NCBI RefSeq assembly: GCF_044704955.1 | Contig: NC_091979.1 | Coordinates: 165,850,001 to 165,914,000 of the forward strand | Direction of reading: 5' to 3' | Source: Pristiophorus japonicus | Lineage: Eukaryota | DNA: 64,000 nucleotides | Part shown: one piece after another, positions 10,621 through 24,619 of the stretch | Layout of the letters: each line of letters starts with the position of its first letter | How positions within the stretch are numbered: the stretch's first letter is position 1 | Made by a program: the position numbers and the translations under genes | Notes under the pieces: model-generated | What the model saw: only the letters and a program-made list of their open reading frames with translations | Database searches by the model: none | What the model was told of the DNA's origin: nothing

Positions 10621-13600
10621 TGTTGTGTTCCTAACACAGATGAGGCTGCACACAGGGAGGTTAAAGTAACAGTGACCTCATTCTTTATTAAGACACTCCA
10701 GAGTGAGGAACAGGCCTTAGGGGCTGGCTTATATACAGTGCTCCCAAGGGATGCTGGGATCCCTTGGGACTTCAGGTGATGAGCTCCGTGGTGGCGGAAC
10801 ATGGGAGTGCATGCTTTACAGATATACAACATCACTCCCGCCACCCCCCCCACCCCCCAAAGTCAAAGTGAAAACTATTTACAAGGTGAGGCGGTCGGGA
10901 GCCTTTCTTTGCCTGGTGGACCGCCTCGGTACAAATGTCTGTTCTGGTGTGTTGGCTGTGCCCTCGCTGGGCTGGCGTGTTGTTGGCCCTGCAGGGCTGC
11001 TGGGTGAGTCTGGCCTTGCTGGGCTGTTGGGCATGATGGGTTTGATTTCCTGGTCCGGGATGGTGTCGTTGATCCTTTAGGTGTGTGTTGCAGGCTCTAA
11101 AAAGGTGGTGTCTGCTGTGGGATGTTCAGAGCAATCTGTGAACCGCAACCTTGTTTGGTCCAGGTGCTTTCTGCAAACTGTCCATTGTCTAGTTTGACTA
11201 CAAACACCCTATTCCCATCTTTAGCTATTACCGTGCCCGCGATCCACTTGGGACCATGTCCATAGTTTAGCACATACACAGGGTCATTCAGATCAATTTC
11301 CCGTGACAGTGGCGCAACCATCATTTACATTTTGTTGCTGCCGCCTGCTCTCTACCTGATCATGCAGGTTGGGGTGAACCAGCGAGAGTCTGGTTTTAAG
11401 TGTCCTTTTCATGAGTAGCTCAGCCGGGGGCACCCCTGTGAGCGAGTGGGGTCTCGTGCGGTAGCTGAGCAGTACTCGGGATAGGCGGGTTTGGAGTGAG
11501 CCTTCTGTGACTCGCTTAAGGCTCTGTTTGATGGTTTGTACTGCCCGCTCTGCCTGCCCATTGGAGGCTGGTTTAAACAGGGCCGAGGTGACATGTTTGA
11601 TCCCATTGCGGGTCATGAATTCTTTAAATTCGGCACTGGTGAAACATGGCCCGTTGTCACTGACCAGTATGGCAGGCAGGCCGTGGGTGGCAAACATGGC
11701 CCTCAGGCTTTCAATGGTGGCGGTGCTTCCCGACATTATTTCACATTCAATCCATTTTGAAAAAGCATCCACCACCACCAGGAACATTTTACCGAGATAC
11801 GGGCCCGCTTAGTCGAAATGTATCCTCGACCATGGTCTGGAGGGCCAGGACCATAAATTAGTGGTGCCTCTCTGGGCGCGTTGCTCAAATGAGCACATAC
11901 ACTGCATTGCCATACACAGGACTCTTAAGTCAGAGTCGATACCGGGCCACCACACGTGGGATCTGGCTATCGCTTTCATCATTACTATACCTGGGTGTGT
12001 GCTGTGGAGATCCGAGATGAACGTCTCCCTGCCCTTGTTTGGTAGCACTACGCGGTTACCCCACAACAGGCAGTTTGCCTGAATGGACAGCTCATTCATT
12101 TGCCGCTGGAACAGCTTGATTGGCTCTTGCATTTCAACGGGGATGCTGGCCCAGCTCCCATGCAGTACAGTTTTTTTATAGGGACAGCAGAGGATCTTGG
12201 CTGGTCCAAGTCCTAATCTGGCGGGCTGTGACAGGTGATCTATCGTTTTCAAATGCTTCCATGACTATCAACAAGTCTGCGGGCTGCGCCACCATCAACA
12301 CTTTGCAGGCTGCGCCATTTCCACCCCAGTGGTGGGCAATAGTAGCCGACTAAGAGCATCCGCACAGTTCTCGGTGCCTGGCCTGTGGCGGATGGTATAG
12401 TTATATGCTGATAGATCGAGTGCCCACCTTTGTATGCGGGCTGAGGCATTAGTATTAATCCCCTTGTTTTCAGCGAACAGGGATGTGAGGGGCTTGTGAT
12501 CGGTTTCCAGCTCAAATTTGAGGCCAACCAGGGACTGATGCATTTTCTTTACCCCGAACACACACACTAATGCCTCTTTCTCAATCATGCTGTCGGCCCT
12601 CTCAGCCTTCGACAAGCTCCTGGAAACATAGGCGACAGGTTGCAACTTCCCCGCAACATTAGCTTGTTGTAATACACATCCAACTCCGTACGATGACGCA
12701 TCACATGCTAGCACAAGTCTTTTACATGGGTTATACAATACAAGCAGCTTGTTGGAGCATAAAATGTTTCTGGCTTTCTCAAAAACAATTACTTGGTTTT
12801 TTCCCCATACCCAGTTCTCACCTTTGTGCAATAACACATGTAGGGGCTTAAAAGGGTGCTTAACTCCGGTAGGAAGTTACCAAAATAGTTGAGGAGTCCC
12901 AGGAACGACCGCAGATCCGTGACGTTCTGTGGCTTGGGCGCGTTCCTGATAGCCTCTGTCTTGGCGTCTGTGGGCCGAATGCCGTCCGCCGCGATCTTTC
13001 TCCCCAAAAACTCCACTTCTGTTGCCATGAAGACGCATTTCGACCTCTTCAGCTGCAGCAATACGCGATCCAGTCGCTGGAGGACCTCCTCCAGTTTTGT
13101 AGGTGCTCGGCGGTGTCCCAACCTGTGACCAATATGTCGTCCTGAAAGACCACCGTGTATGGTACCGACTTGAGTAGGCTCTCCATGTTTCTCTGGAAGA
13201 TCGCTGCAGCCGACAGAATTCCAAACGGGCATCTGTTGTAGATGAACAGTCCCTTGTGCATGTTGAGGCCCTTCGAAGACTCCTCCAGCTCCTGTGTCAT
13301 GTAGGCCGGAGTCAGGTCAAGCTTGGTGAATGTCTTGCCTCCTGCCAGCGTCGCAAATAGGTCATCTGCCTTAGGTAGCGGATATTGGGTATTGGCCCTG
13401 TCGCGAGAAACGATTAATAGTTACTTTATAATCGCCGCAAATCCTGACCGCGCCAGCACTTTTGAGTATTGGAACAATCGGGTTGGCCCACTCGCTGAAT
13501 TCCACTGGGGAGATGATGCCCTCGCGTTGCAGCCTGTCCAGCTCGATTTCCACTCGCTCCCTCATCATGTGAGGTACCGCTCGCGCCTTGTGGTGAATGG

Positions 13601-15227
13601 GTCGTGCTTCTGGGACCAAGTGGATCTGCACCTTCGCCCCAGAAAAGTTTCCAATGCCTGGCTCAAAAAGGGAAGGAAATTTGTTAAGAACCTGGGTACA
13701 TGAGGCCTCATCGACATGTGATAGCGTTCGGATGTCATCCCAGTTCCAGTGGATTTTGCCCAGCCAGCTCCTTCCAAGCAGTGTGGGGCCATCGCCCGGG
13801 ACAATCCAGAGTGACAGTTCATGCACCGTGGCCTTGTAGATGACCTTGACCATGGCGCTGCCCAAGACAGTGATAAGCTCTTTGGTGTACGTTCTCAGTT
13901 TTGTGCAGATGAGGCTCAGGGCTGGTCTGATTGCCCTGTTGCACCACAGTCTCTCAAACATCTTTTTACTCATGATGGATTGGCTAGCGCCAGTGTCCAG
14001 TTCCATGGCTACGGGTAAGCCATTCAATTTTATGTTTAGCATTATAAGTGGACATTTCGTCGAAAATGTGTGCACCCCGTGTACTTCAGCATTTGCCTCC
14101 TCCCTCTCAGGCTCGAAATTGCTTTGATCTACCATGGACCGATCTTCCTCTGCCACGTGGTGGTTAGCAGGTTTTGCAGAGCTTGCAGCTCGTTTGCAAG
14201 CTCGTTGAAGGTGCCCCATTGTTCCACAGCTCTTGCAAACATACCCTTTGAAGCAGCATGAAAGGCTGAATGGAAGCCTCCACAATGCCAACAAGGTGTG
14301 AATTGCCTTGCATTCAACCTTTGTTGGGGACTCTGAGTCATCTGGGTCACCTGAGACCTGCTGGCAGTTGCAGATTCGTGGGTTCTGCCCTGTACATTTC
14401 TGCTCGTAAACACAGTTCCAGTTAATTTATGAACATTGCTAGCACTTGTGTGCTGAGACATTTGTTTGGTGTTATCACTGGTGGACATAAACGCCTGTGC
14501 TTTCGCAATGGCCTTACTGAAGGTCGGTGTCTCTACAGTCAAAAGTTTTCGTAGGATGGTCTCGTGGCCAATGCCCAGTACAAAAAAATCTCTGAGCATT
14601 TGCTCCAGGTAGCCATCAAACTCACATTGTCCTGCAAGTCGCCTAGTTCGGCGACGTAGCTCACCACTTCCTCACCTTCAGATCGCTGGCACGTGTAGAA
14701 CCGATACCTCGCCATCAGCACGCTCTCCCTCGGGTTAAGATGCTGCTGAACCAGTGTAAACAGCTCCTCAAACGACTTATTTGTGGGTTTCACTGGAGCC
14801 AGAAGATTTTTCATGAGGCTGTAGGTCGGTGTCCCGCAGACTGTGAGGAGGACACCTCTCCTTTTTGCAGTGCTTCCTACTCCGTCCAGCTGGTTGGCTA
14901 CAAAGTACTGGTCTAGCCGTTCAACATAGGCTTCCCAGTCCTCACCCTCCGAGACCTTCTCCAGGATGCCCACAGTTTGCTGCATCTTTGCGTTGGATTC
15001 ATATTCTCGTCGCAGTTGTTGTGTTCCTAAGACAGATGAGGCTGTACACAGGGAGGTTAAAGTAACAGTGACCTCAGTCTTTAATAAGACACTCCAGAGT
15101 GAGGAACAGGCCTTCGGGGCCGGCTTATATACAGTGCTCCCAAGGGATGCTGGGATCCCTTGGGACTTCAGGGGATGAGCTCCCTGGTGGCGGCACATGG
15201 GAGTGCATGCTTTACAGATACACAACA
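10621..15227 (-). mobile_element. Full-length Gypsy/Ty3 LTR retrotransposon, frameshifted gag-pol
   Basis: 211-bp TG..CA LTRs at 10621-10831 and 15017-15227 (10 differences by eye); 5-bp TSD GGGAC. PBS-like (t)gcgacgag next to the 5' LTR; PPT at 10832-10858. Fragments of gag, CCHC, protease LDTGA, RT FQDD, RNase H CDAS and integrase VSDNG, in PR-RT-RH-IN order. Confidence 0.96.
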
Positions 15228-15840
15228 GGGACCATCTGTTTTTGTATAGGCTTTGTGCCAAATAGCAGAAGACAAACCATTGTATAAATAAACAAAATGC
15301 ATATGATTTGTGTTTATTCATCACATTCACTTCTTTTGTGATTCACAATGCACATTATTAAATGAAAGTATGACTGTTTAACATCAATGAGAAGGTCATG
15401 CATACCCACAAACTAAGGAAAGGGTCTTCAATAATCAATTAGAGACAACAGGGGCAATTTGATGGACTTCTCCAAAGCTTAATGCTATCCCATCGGAGAT
15501 TTCTATTTTTCCTGATTGGCTTAGAGTCAGGAAGTGAAAGGAGCACCTCCTCTCGTGATTCCAAGTGAGCCCCTGGGATCCGTGGGCCACTACGCACAAC
15601 CTCACAGCATTTCAAAGCAACTTTTCGAAGAGGGCTTCACTCGAGGTAAATGCGTATTTCGTTTGGATGTCGGTGGCGTACTCCTTAGCTACGTCGCCGA
15701 GCGCAAGTTCAGGTCCATCATCTATCGATCAAAACAGGTGTGCCAGATAATATGGAATGCCTCGAGGTTAAGGGAAAAGAAGGTTGTAACTCAATTTTAT
15801 TTTGTGAATACTTGCACCCCTCTCACCATAAAGTAATATT

Positions 15841-16099
15841 GGGCTAGATTTTCGGGTCTTCTGTGCTCCGTTTTTTGCCCTGGAACGGCAGCAATGGTGA
15901 CGGTGAGGAGGTTGGGCCGGGTGGTCAGCCTTCAGCGCACCGCAGTGATCCTCGGGTCCAGTTTAGCGGTGGCACGGAGCAGCACCGCCCGGAAGAGTTG
16001 CGCCCGGCACAAACTGAGGCACAAACTGTTCCCAGGCGCTAACTTTCCCGCCCCGCCTCCATTATTGCCCCAAAAACATCAATGCTGAAAATCCAGCCC
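15841..16099. mobile_element. MITE, same family as 52396-52960
   Basis: TIR gggctagattttc / gaaaatccagccc; interior tgtgctccg..gcagcaccgcc.ggaagag..taactttcccgcccc is shared with the 52396 element. No clean TSD. Confidence 0.75.
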
Positions 16100-19000
16100 A
16101 AAGTGTTTCGCCATTTGCAGTGAGAGTTACATAGGAGATATACAGCAGTGCACTTCAGGAAAAATACAAGTATAGATTTTGTTAGATCAGGATATATCAA
16201 AATATTGAGATGTAAACATTATGCAAATCTGTTCTCCCTCCTCCATCACAATGATCGTAAACCATTAGGGAAACCTAAGGAAACTGTAACAAATCTTTCT
16301 TTCCAAAGATAAAATTATATTTGCTATAATGTAACAAGGGTTATTGGAATTTCAGGATTGAAATTCTCAACATATTTGTTGTTAATCTTCTGTGGTGTTG
16401 CTCACCGTCCAGAAAAAAATCCTTTCTCTTCCTGCAGCTGTCTCTACTTCCTTCCAATTCTTTGTTTTCTTTTTGCTATTTGTTTATCTTTCACGGTTTG
16501 TGTCTCTGTTTCTGTCTTTTTTTTTCTCAGTATGATCCTCACATACTTTTGTTGTTCCTATAGCACCTAGTCAGTTTTTATCCTTTTCCTTCTTTGTGTC
16601 AGTTTCTACTTCACTCTGTGTCCTCTCTGTCCTGTGTGATTTTAACTCTGTATGCCTCTCACCTTTTCTCTGTATGTCTCACTCTCTTAAATATTTATCT
16701 CTGTCTCTCCACCAATTGTGATGAGGGGTCCCAACTCTGTGACAGTTGCATAAATAATCACTTATCTCCCTGGCTGCAAAGGAATGAGTGGCATCAAGTG
16801 CGTTCTGGTGTTATTACAGGGTCCTAGACTGGGAGCGGCGGAGGGTTCGGATTCCTGCAAACTCAGACTCTACCAGAACTAACTCATACACACACAAAAG
16901 CACATTCACATTGATACTTAGGCAAGCACTTGCATTCACAATCAGGCATTCAAAACATATCTGCACGCAAGGAAGCATGTTCACACTCATACTTGGACAT
17001 TTAATTAAAAATATTTTTTCTGCACTGAAATATTCAATCTTTGTTCAGTTAAAATACATCAATTTAGAAGATGTCAGCAACTCCCTTTATCCATTCACCA
17101 TATTTTGTGTTCTTCTTCATATCTAAGTGTACAGTAATTAAACTGTGAAGTCACAAAGGACCTGCAGCAGAAACTGCAAATTGCTGAGACTAGTGCTCCT
17201 TGGCACTGTGAAGCGACATGGAAAAATAATTAGTAAGGCCAAGGAATGATAGCAGGCAGGCTGGTCGCTACTGTGTATGCCTTTTTGGAGTCGGATGGGC
17301 AGAAAGAGTAGGTTCGTGTCAGGCCTGGCAGAGACTTTGGGTGTTAATTGGGACCTGGCTGTGCAGGAGCAGAAACAAAATTAAGATGGGGGAAAAATGC
17401 TAAAATAAGGCTACCTTTGTGTTTTCTGGGGATTCGTCGCTAAGTACCATGGAGAGGAAATCAGTCTTATTGCAGGCTTATCTCTTTACCAAAGCCCTTC
17501 ATACAAGATTGTGGATGAAGCAGTTGGTGATGAATAAAGCTGGCATGTGAAACTGTTGGACTTCTAGAAAATTTGAAATGCTGCAATGTCAAGTGTATGA
17601 CCAGTACAAGTCCAACCACAATGCTGAAAGCAGAAGCCTGTTGTACAGCTGATGAGAAAACTCTGAGACTTGGGATGACAGCTGCTGGAAAGTGTACTCT
17701 GGAGGCTGGTATAAGAATTCGTGCCCATATATCCAGGGCTTGATGACTGCCATGCTTAGGTTACAGAGAGGCAAACAGCTAATGCTGAAGTTCCGAACCT
17801 CCATCTGGTGGAATTGCCATTTGATGGGTTACGGAATGTGTACATGCTGTGATCAGGAAGATGGTGGCAATACTCCCATACATTTTATGGTGAGTTGCAG
17901 TGTTGATCATGCTGCTCATCAGGAGGTTCTGGTACCTGCTCTCCAATTAGTGAGAGCCCAAACCTTTTGAGTTGTCTAATAACCAACTAGTGACTTTCCT
18001 GAGGAGGATAGGAAAGGTAAGTGGCATCTCCTTGGGTCAGGTAGCTCCATGATGATAAGCCAGGTGATAGAGGTTTACAACCAAATCACCCAATGTAGTA
18101 GATTTGGTAATCCAATAATATAGAGACTTTTGTTTTAAAAATGATAACCATGCATGAAAAGTAATGATCATGGCATATTTAATAATGAATGACAGAGTAA
18201 CCAAAAATAGTGCTTTTGAAGCATTTTAATGTAAACTTCCAGAGACAGCACATTTAATTGCTTTATGAATTGTAAACAATATTTGGGATTTTCAGGAACT
18301 TCCCAAATCATAACTCTTGAGTTCTGTTCATGACGTTGAAGGAAATAAAGAAAATAACCACACATATCTAACATTTTAGTGCATTATAATTTTTTTTCAG
18401 TTTGATTTTCTGAGTTGCCATGTACACGTTTCAGAAGCATTTTGCAGGTTTTTAAATGTAAAAAAAATATTTCTTCCTCACATAGTTAACTCACTGTAGT
18501 AATGGTCTGTTTTCTTCACATTTTTTGACCATCAAGGTAAAATACGAGTAGCAGGCTGTAGAACTATTAGCATATAATAATTATTAATATATAGCCCACT
18601 ATATGGTGCATCATTTAAAGCATATCCAAGCACTTTCCATCATAGTGATAGTAATAAACTGTGTTACTTACATTGTTATTGTGAACTATAGTTGCAAAGC
18701 CTCGATTGATAACACACAGCATGAGCACAAGCTGCAAAATGGAGAGAGTGCCATTATAACTGAGATTACATTTTATTAAGCCCCCCCAAGAAATGATTAT
18801 TAAAGTACTTTGTCACACTGGTATTGTGTAGTTTTTTTGAGCAGCTTAACCAGAACAAAAGTACTTTTAAAGATAAATTATAAAATCAACATCATTGCTA
18901 TAACAGCTTGTAAAATGAAACACAATTATCCAGAAATTGCACAGGCCTTGGCTATTAGAGTGTAGAAAATGACAATACTGTTTAAAGCCAATCATTTTAA

Positions 19001-19306
19001 TTACTGATTGCTGAAAATTTGTATCATATAATTTATTACACTATACAGAATATGAAAGCTTTGGGGAAAAAAGTTGTGCTCTTCAATTATCACATTAATA
19101 ATGATTAGCTGAGATTAGGTAGACAATCATCGTACCTTTAACATGGCTATTAGTGGTGCTGTAACATGTAGTTTCCAGTTATATTCATTAGAATATTAGG
19201 GCATGTCTATACACATTAATTTAAGTTTTTATGTTTTAATATTTTGATCCATTTTCATGTTCATTGTCTTATTTTTTTAATTTGCTTTATATTTTCTCAT
19301 GACAAG

Positions 19307-19480
19307 AAATCATCTTCACTAACAAAGATTCCTACCTCAAAATTATCCTCCCTCCTCCCTGAAAGACCCAATTCTACTTGTTCTGCTGCTAGAAAAGTCT
19401 TTGTTGACCCAGATTATTATCTCACACGACCCTCATCTGCTGGCCCTAGGGACTCATTGAATGAGCAACCTGTAAGAAAG
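19307..19480 (+). CDS. map2: map2 cassette exon (174 nt, phase 0-0), likely homolog of mammalian exon 13
   Basis: Long pyrimidine tract, caag| acceptor, AAG|gtaaga donor. KSSSLTKIPTS...TRPSSAGPRD resembles human exon-13 STLSKIPA...QPTSAGSTD. Confidence 0.82.
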
Positions 19481-21244
19481 GTAAGATGAAGAAATGGTCC
19501 ATGACAGTATTCTTGGTTCGTACTTACTCTTTGGTATTTCTGCTTGGAATGGAAATAGGATAATGTTATTTCAGTTAGGTTTTTTTTGTAATTGTCTGCC
19601 ACTGTTAAAATGACGGCAACATATTTAGGTTGTTATCCATGAAATATGTTCAGTATTCAGCCAGTTGTTTTACCTACACTCATTATTTTTGATAACCTTT
19701 AAACTTGCATTGCTGGAGTGTTGACCATTCAATTAAGATGACAAAGTTCTCATTGCAGTCTTGCCTGAGTCTGGCTTGCCTTTAAAGTGACAGATTCCCT
19801 GACTGGGCTCGATTACTTAAACTAGTGAATGAAAATCATTACTTCAAATAGAAAGTCGAGGATAGGTCCACAGGTGATACCTCTTCAATATTATAAACTA
19901 AACAATGCAAAAGTGGTGGGAGAAATTTGGGAATAAATTCATTTATCATCTTCCAAAAGTTGCTTTATGTTCTCAATCCAATTTGCCACGTCTGGCATTT
20001 CCAATGGTTTTAGTAGCTTAGAGATTGCTGCTGGTGATATTAGTAAGGGACACCTAATGCATTCTTACGAAATTCGTTTTTCCACTGTGTTAATGCAGAT
20101 ACCAACCAGTTTACTTTAAATGGGCTAATACCTCTGCTAAAATGATGGACATAGGAATTTATTAAGTGTTCATTCACTAATATCGGCTATAGTAATTTCT
20201 GAGCTCCTGTCTTTTTTGTTGTGAAAAACGTAACCTCTTTATTTTGCGTAATTTTAAAATAATACAAACAGCTAAATCTATTTTCCAATCTAGATCACTT
20301 TTTTTCCAGAGAAAAATCTCATTGCCCCCCGCTCCCCCACCCCAAAACCAGCACCACAACCACCACCATGGTATAACCTTGGTGAAACCAGTAACATCAC
20401 TCTTCCAACAAACATTAGTGAAATGTGATAACTGCATTAGATAACTCTGCAATACATTTTTCAGTACAATACATAGGCTTCCAGTTTACTGCTGGAATGC
20501 AGATTTCTGTGCAATCCATTACACTTAATTCTCCATATAGCATCTGAATACATGTTACAGTAGGGAGTCATTTAGTATCTCAGGAGCCAGGAAAGAAAGA
20601 ATGGTGAAAATAAATTCAGCACAAAGCCCAGAGGCTCTGAACAATGCGAGAAACAAACTCGTTGTACATTTACAAAAGCAAAATACTGCGGATGCTGGAA
20701 TCTGAAATAAAAACAGAAAATGCTGGAAATCTCAGCAGGTCAAGCAACATCTGTGGAGAGAAACAGAGTTAATGTTTCAGGTCTGTGACCCTTTATCAGA
20801 ACTGGAAAGGTTCGAGATGTAACAGATTCTTAAGGAAGTGCAGGGGCAGTGAAAGGGGGAGGGGAGGAAAGAACAAAAGGGAAGGTCTGTGATAGGGTGG
20901 AAGGCAGAAGAGATTAAGAGACAAAAGGGATGATGGGGAAAAAATGAGATGGTAATGGAATAAGTTAAACAAAAGATGAGTCTACATGGAGTGTGAATGG
21001 CAGAAACATCACCAGCTGCCATGAGAAAGAGAAAACTGCCGATGGTTCATTGGCCGTCTTAATTTCACTGCTCCCCTCTCTCACTCAAACCTATCTCCCT
21101 CTGAACTTGCAGCACTCCACTCTCTCAGATCCAACCCCAACATTGTCATTAAACATGCTGACAAGGGCGGCGCTGTTGTTGTTTGGTGATCGCCAAATTT
21201 CTGACACCTCCTCCTACCTCCCCCTGGACCATGTCCCCACTACC

Positions 21245-23857
21245 ATAAGAACATAAGAAATATGAGCAGGAGTAGGCCATACATCCCCTCGAGCCTGCTC
21301 CGCCAATTAATACGATCATGGCTGATCTGATCATGGACTCAGGTTCACTTCCTTGCCCTTTCCCCATAACCCTTTAATCCCTTATCAGTTAAGAAGCTGT
21401 CTATCTCTGTCTTAAATGTATTCAATGACCCAGCTTCCTCAGCTCGCTGAAGCAGTGAATTCCACAGATTTACAACCATCTGAGAGAAGAAATTCCTCCT
21501 CATCTCAGTTTTAAATGGGCGGCCCCTTATTCTAAGATTATGCCCTCTAGTTCTAGTCTCCCCTATCAGTGGAACCATCCTCTCTGCAGCCACCTTGTCA
21601 AGCCCCCTCATAATCTTATATGTTTCGATAAGATCACCTCTCATTCTTCTGAATTCCAATGAGTAGAGGCCCAACCTCCTCAACATTTCCTCATAAGTCA
21701 ACTCCCTCATCTCCAGAATCAACCTAGTGACCCTAGGATGCAAGCCATCAGGTCCAGGGGATTTATCCGCCTTTAGTCCCATTATCTTACTGAGTACCAC
21801 CTCCTTAGTGATCATGATTGTGTTAAGTTCCTCCCCCCAACCGTTATAGCCCCCTGACTATCCACTGTTGGGATATTGTTTGTGTCCTCTACCGGAAAGA
21901 CTGATACAAAATATTTGTTCAGAGTTTCTGCCATCTCCATGTTCCCCATTATTAATTCCTCTGCCTCGTCCTCTAAGGGACCAACATTTACTTTAGCCAC
22001 TCTTTTCCTTTTTATATATCTGTAGAAACTCTTGCTATCTGTTTTTATATTTCGTGCTGGTTTACTTTCATAGTCCATCTTCCCTTTCTTAATTATTGTT
22101 TTAGTCATTCTTTGCTGGCTTTTAAAAGCTTCCCAATCTTCCGGCCTCCCACTAGTTTTGGCCACTTTGTATGCCCTTGTTTTTAATTGGATACCGTCCA
22201 TTATTTCTTTTCTTTGACACCTTTTTCTCCTCACTGGAATATATTTTTCTTGAGAGTTGTGAAATATCTCCTTAAATGTACGCCACTGTTCATCAACTGT
22301 CTTACACTTTAATCTATTTTCCCAGTCCACTTTAGCCAACACTGCCCTCATACCTTCATAGTCTTGTTTATTTAAGCTTAGTATGCTGGTTTAGGATCCA
22401 ACTTTCTCACCCTCCATCTGAATTTGAAATTCAACCATGCTATGATCACTCATTCCAAGGGCATCCTTTACTAGGAGATTGTTTATTAATCCTGTCTCAT
22501 TGCACAGGACCAGATCCAAGATAGCCTGCCCCCTGGTTGGTTCCATTACTTAGTGCTCAAGGAACCCGTCCATTATGCACTCCATGAACTCTTCCTCAAG
22601 GCTACCCTGACCAATTTGATTTGTCCAAATCAGTATGGAGGTTAAAATCATCCATGATTATTGCTGTTCCCCTTTTACAAGCCCCCACTATTTCCTGATT
22701 TATACTCTGACCAACAGAGTTGCTACTGCTGGGTGCCTATAGACTACACCCACCAGTGACTTTTTCCCATTATTCCATATCTCCACCCAAACTGTTTCAC
22801 CATCCAGATCATTTGAGCCAATTATCGTTTCTCACTATTGCAGTGATTCCATCCTTTATCAATAGAGCTACCCCACCTCCTTTTCCTTTCTGTCTGTCCT
22901 TCCGATTGTCAAATACCCCTGAATATTTAATTCCCAGTCCTGGTCACCTTGCAACCATGTCTCTGTAATGGCTATCAAATCATACCCATTTGTATTTATT
23001 TGTGCCATTAACTCATCTATTTTGTTACGAATGCTACGTGCATTTAGACAAAGTGCCTTTAAATTTGTTTTTTTACTCTTTTGTTTCTGCTTGTTTCCTC
23101 TCTCCTTCAAACTCACTTTCTTTATTTTTGCTTTACTCCCCTCCCTACTGAATCTACTTTCAGGTTCCCATCACCCTGCCAAGCTAGTTTAAACCCTCCC
23201 CAACAGTACTAGCAAACCGCCCCGCAAGGATATTGGTCCCGGTTCTGTTGAGGTGCAACCCATCTGGCTTATACAGGTCCCACCTCCCCCAGAAGCAGTC
23301 CCAATGCCTCAGGAAACTAAAGCCCTCCCTCCTGACCATTTCTCCAGCCACGCATTCATCTGCTCTATTCTCCTATTTCTGTATTCATAAGCTCGTGGCA
23401 CTGGGAATGATCTGGAGATTACTACCTTTGATGTCCTGCTTTTTAATCTAGCTCCCTAAACTCTGCCTGCAGGACCTCATCCCTCTTTCTACCTATGTCA
23501 TTGGTTCTGATGTGGGCCACGACCTCTGGCTGTTCACCCTCTCCATCCAGAATGCCCTGAAGCCGCTCAGTGACATCCTTGACCCTGGCACCAGGGAGGC
23601 AACATCCTGGAGTCACGTCTGCGGCCGCAGAAACGCCTGTCTGCTCCCTTGACTATTGAATCCCCTACCACGATAGCTCTTCCATTCTTCTTCCTCCCCC
23701 ATTGTGCAGCTGAGCCAACTGTGGTGCTGTGGATTTGGCTCTGGCTGCACTCCCCAGAGCCACCATCGCCCTCACCGGTACTCAGAACAGAGTACCGGCT
23801 GGAGAGCGGGATGGACTCAGGGGACTCCTGCACTACCTGCCTAGTCCTCCTCTTCTG
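21245..23857 (-). mobile_element. CR1 LINE with RT deleted, inserted in the Penelope element
   Basis: (cataagaa)n tail at 21245; ORF1 esterase (AIVVGDSIV) and APE start (LNARSIRNK). ADKSPGPDGLHPRV is fused directly to C-terminal TRLILEMR at ~21729. Confidence 0.9.
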
Positions 23858-24619
23858 ACCGCACACCAAGCCATCATTTCCCAGATCATCACTGACCTCC
23901 CTCTCCTCTGGAGATCTTCCCTCGATAGCTGCCAACCTCATAGTTCCTCATCCATGCACAGCCCACTTCTACCTTCCTAAGATCTACAAGCAGATTGCCC
24001 TGGTTGACCCATCGTTCCAGCCTGTTCTTGCCCCACGGACCCTATTTCTTCCTATCTCGACTCTTTTTCTCCCCTTGTCCAGTCTCTTCCCACCTACATC
24101 CACGACTCTTCCGATGCCCTCCGCCACTTTAACAGTTTCCTGGCCCCAACTGTCTCCTTTTCACTGGATGCCCAATCCCTCTATACTTCTATCCCCTACC
24201 AGGATAGCCTGAGGGTGCTCCACTTCTTGCTTGATCAGAGGCCCAACCAATCCCCATCCATCACCATACTCCTCCGCCTTCCTGAACTTGTTCTAATAAG
24301 AACATAAGAAATAGGAGCAGGAGTAAAAACATTGAAAATAAGTGTAGGAGTAGGCCATTTGGCCCCTCGAGCCTGCTCCACGATTCAATAATACCATGGC
24401 TGATCTGATTATGGACTCAGCTCCACTTCCCTGCCCGCTCTCCATAACCTTTTACTCCCTTGTCACTAAAAAATCTGTCTATCTCCAGCTTAAATATATT
24501 CAATGACCCAGCCTCCACAGCTCTCTGGGGCAGAGAATTCTATAGATTTACAACCCTCTGAGAGAAGAAAATTCTCCTCATCTCAGTTTTAAATGGGCGG
24601 CCCCTTATTCAAAGACTAT

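Noticed and set aside
11097-14994. Active retrovirus or intact pol gene
   Set aside because: Multiple frameshifts and stops, and no env. It is a decayed Gypsy element (same for 41330-45811).
15480-15830. CpG-containing segment with CCAAT- and ETS-like motifs as an internal promoter
   Set aside because: Short motifs occur by chance, and the segment lies between TEs and is probably repeat-derived. There is no supporting evidence.
17200-18110. Moderately GC-rich segment that may be an ancient coding or TE remnant
   Set aside because: No recognisable motif, terminal structure or clean exon; it needs a database search.
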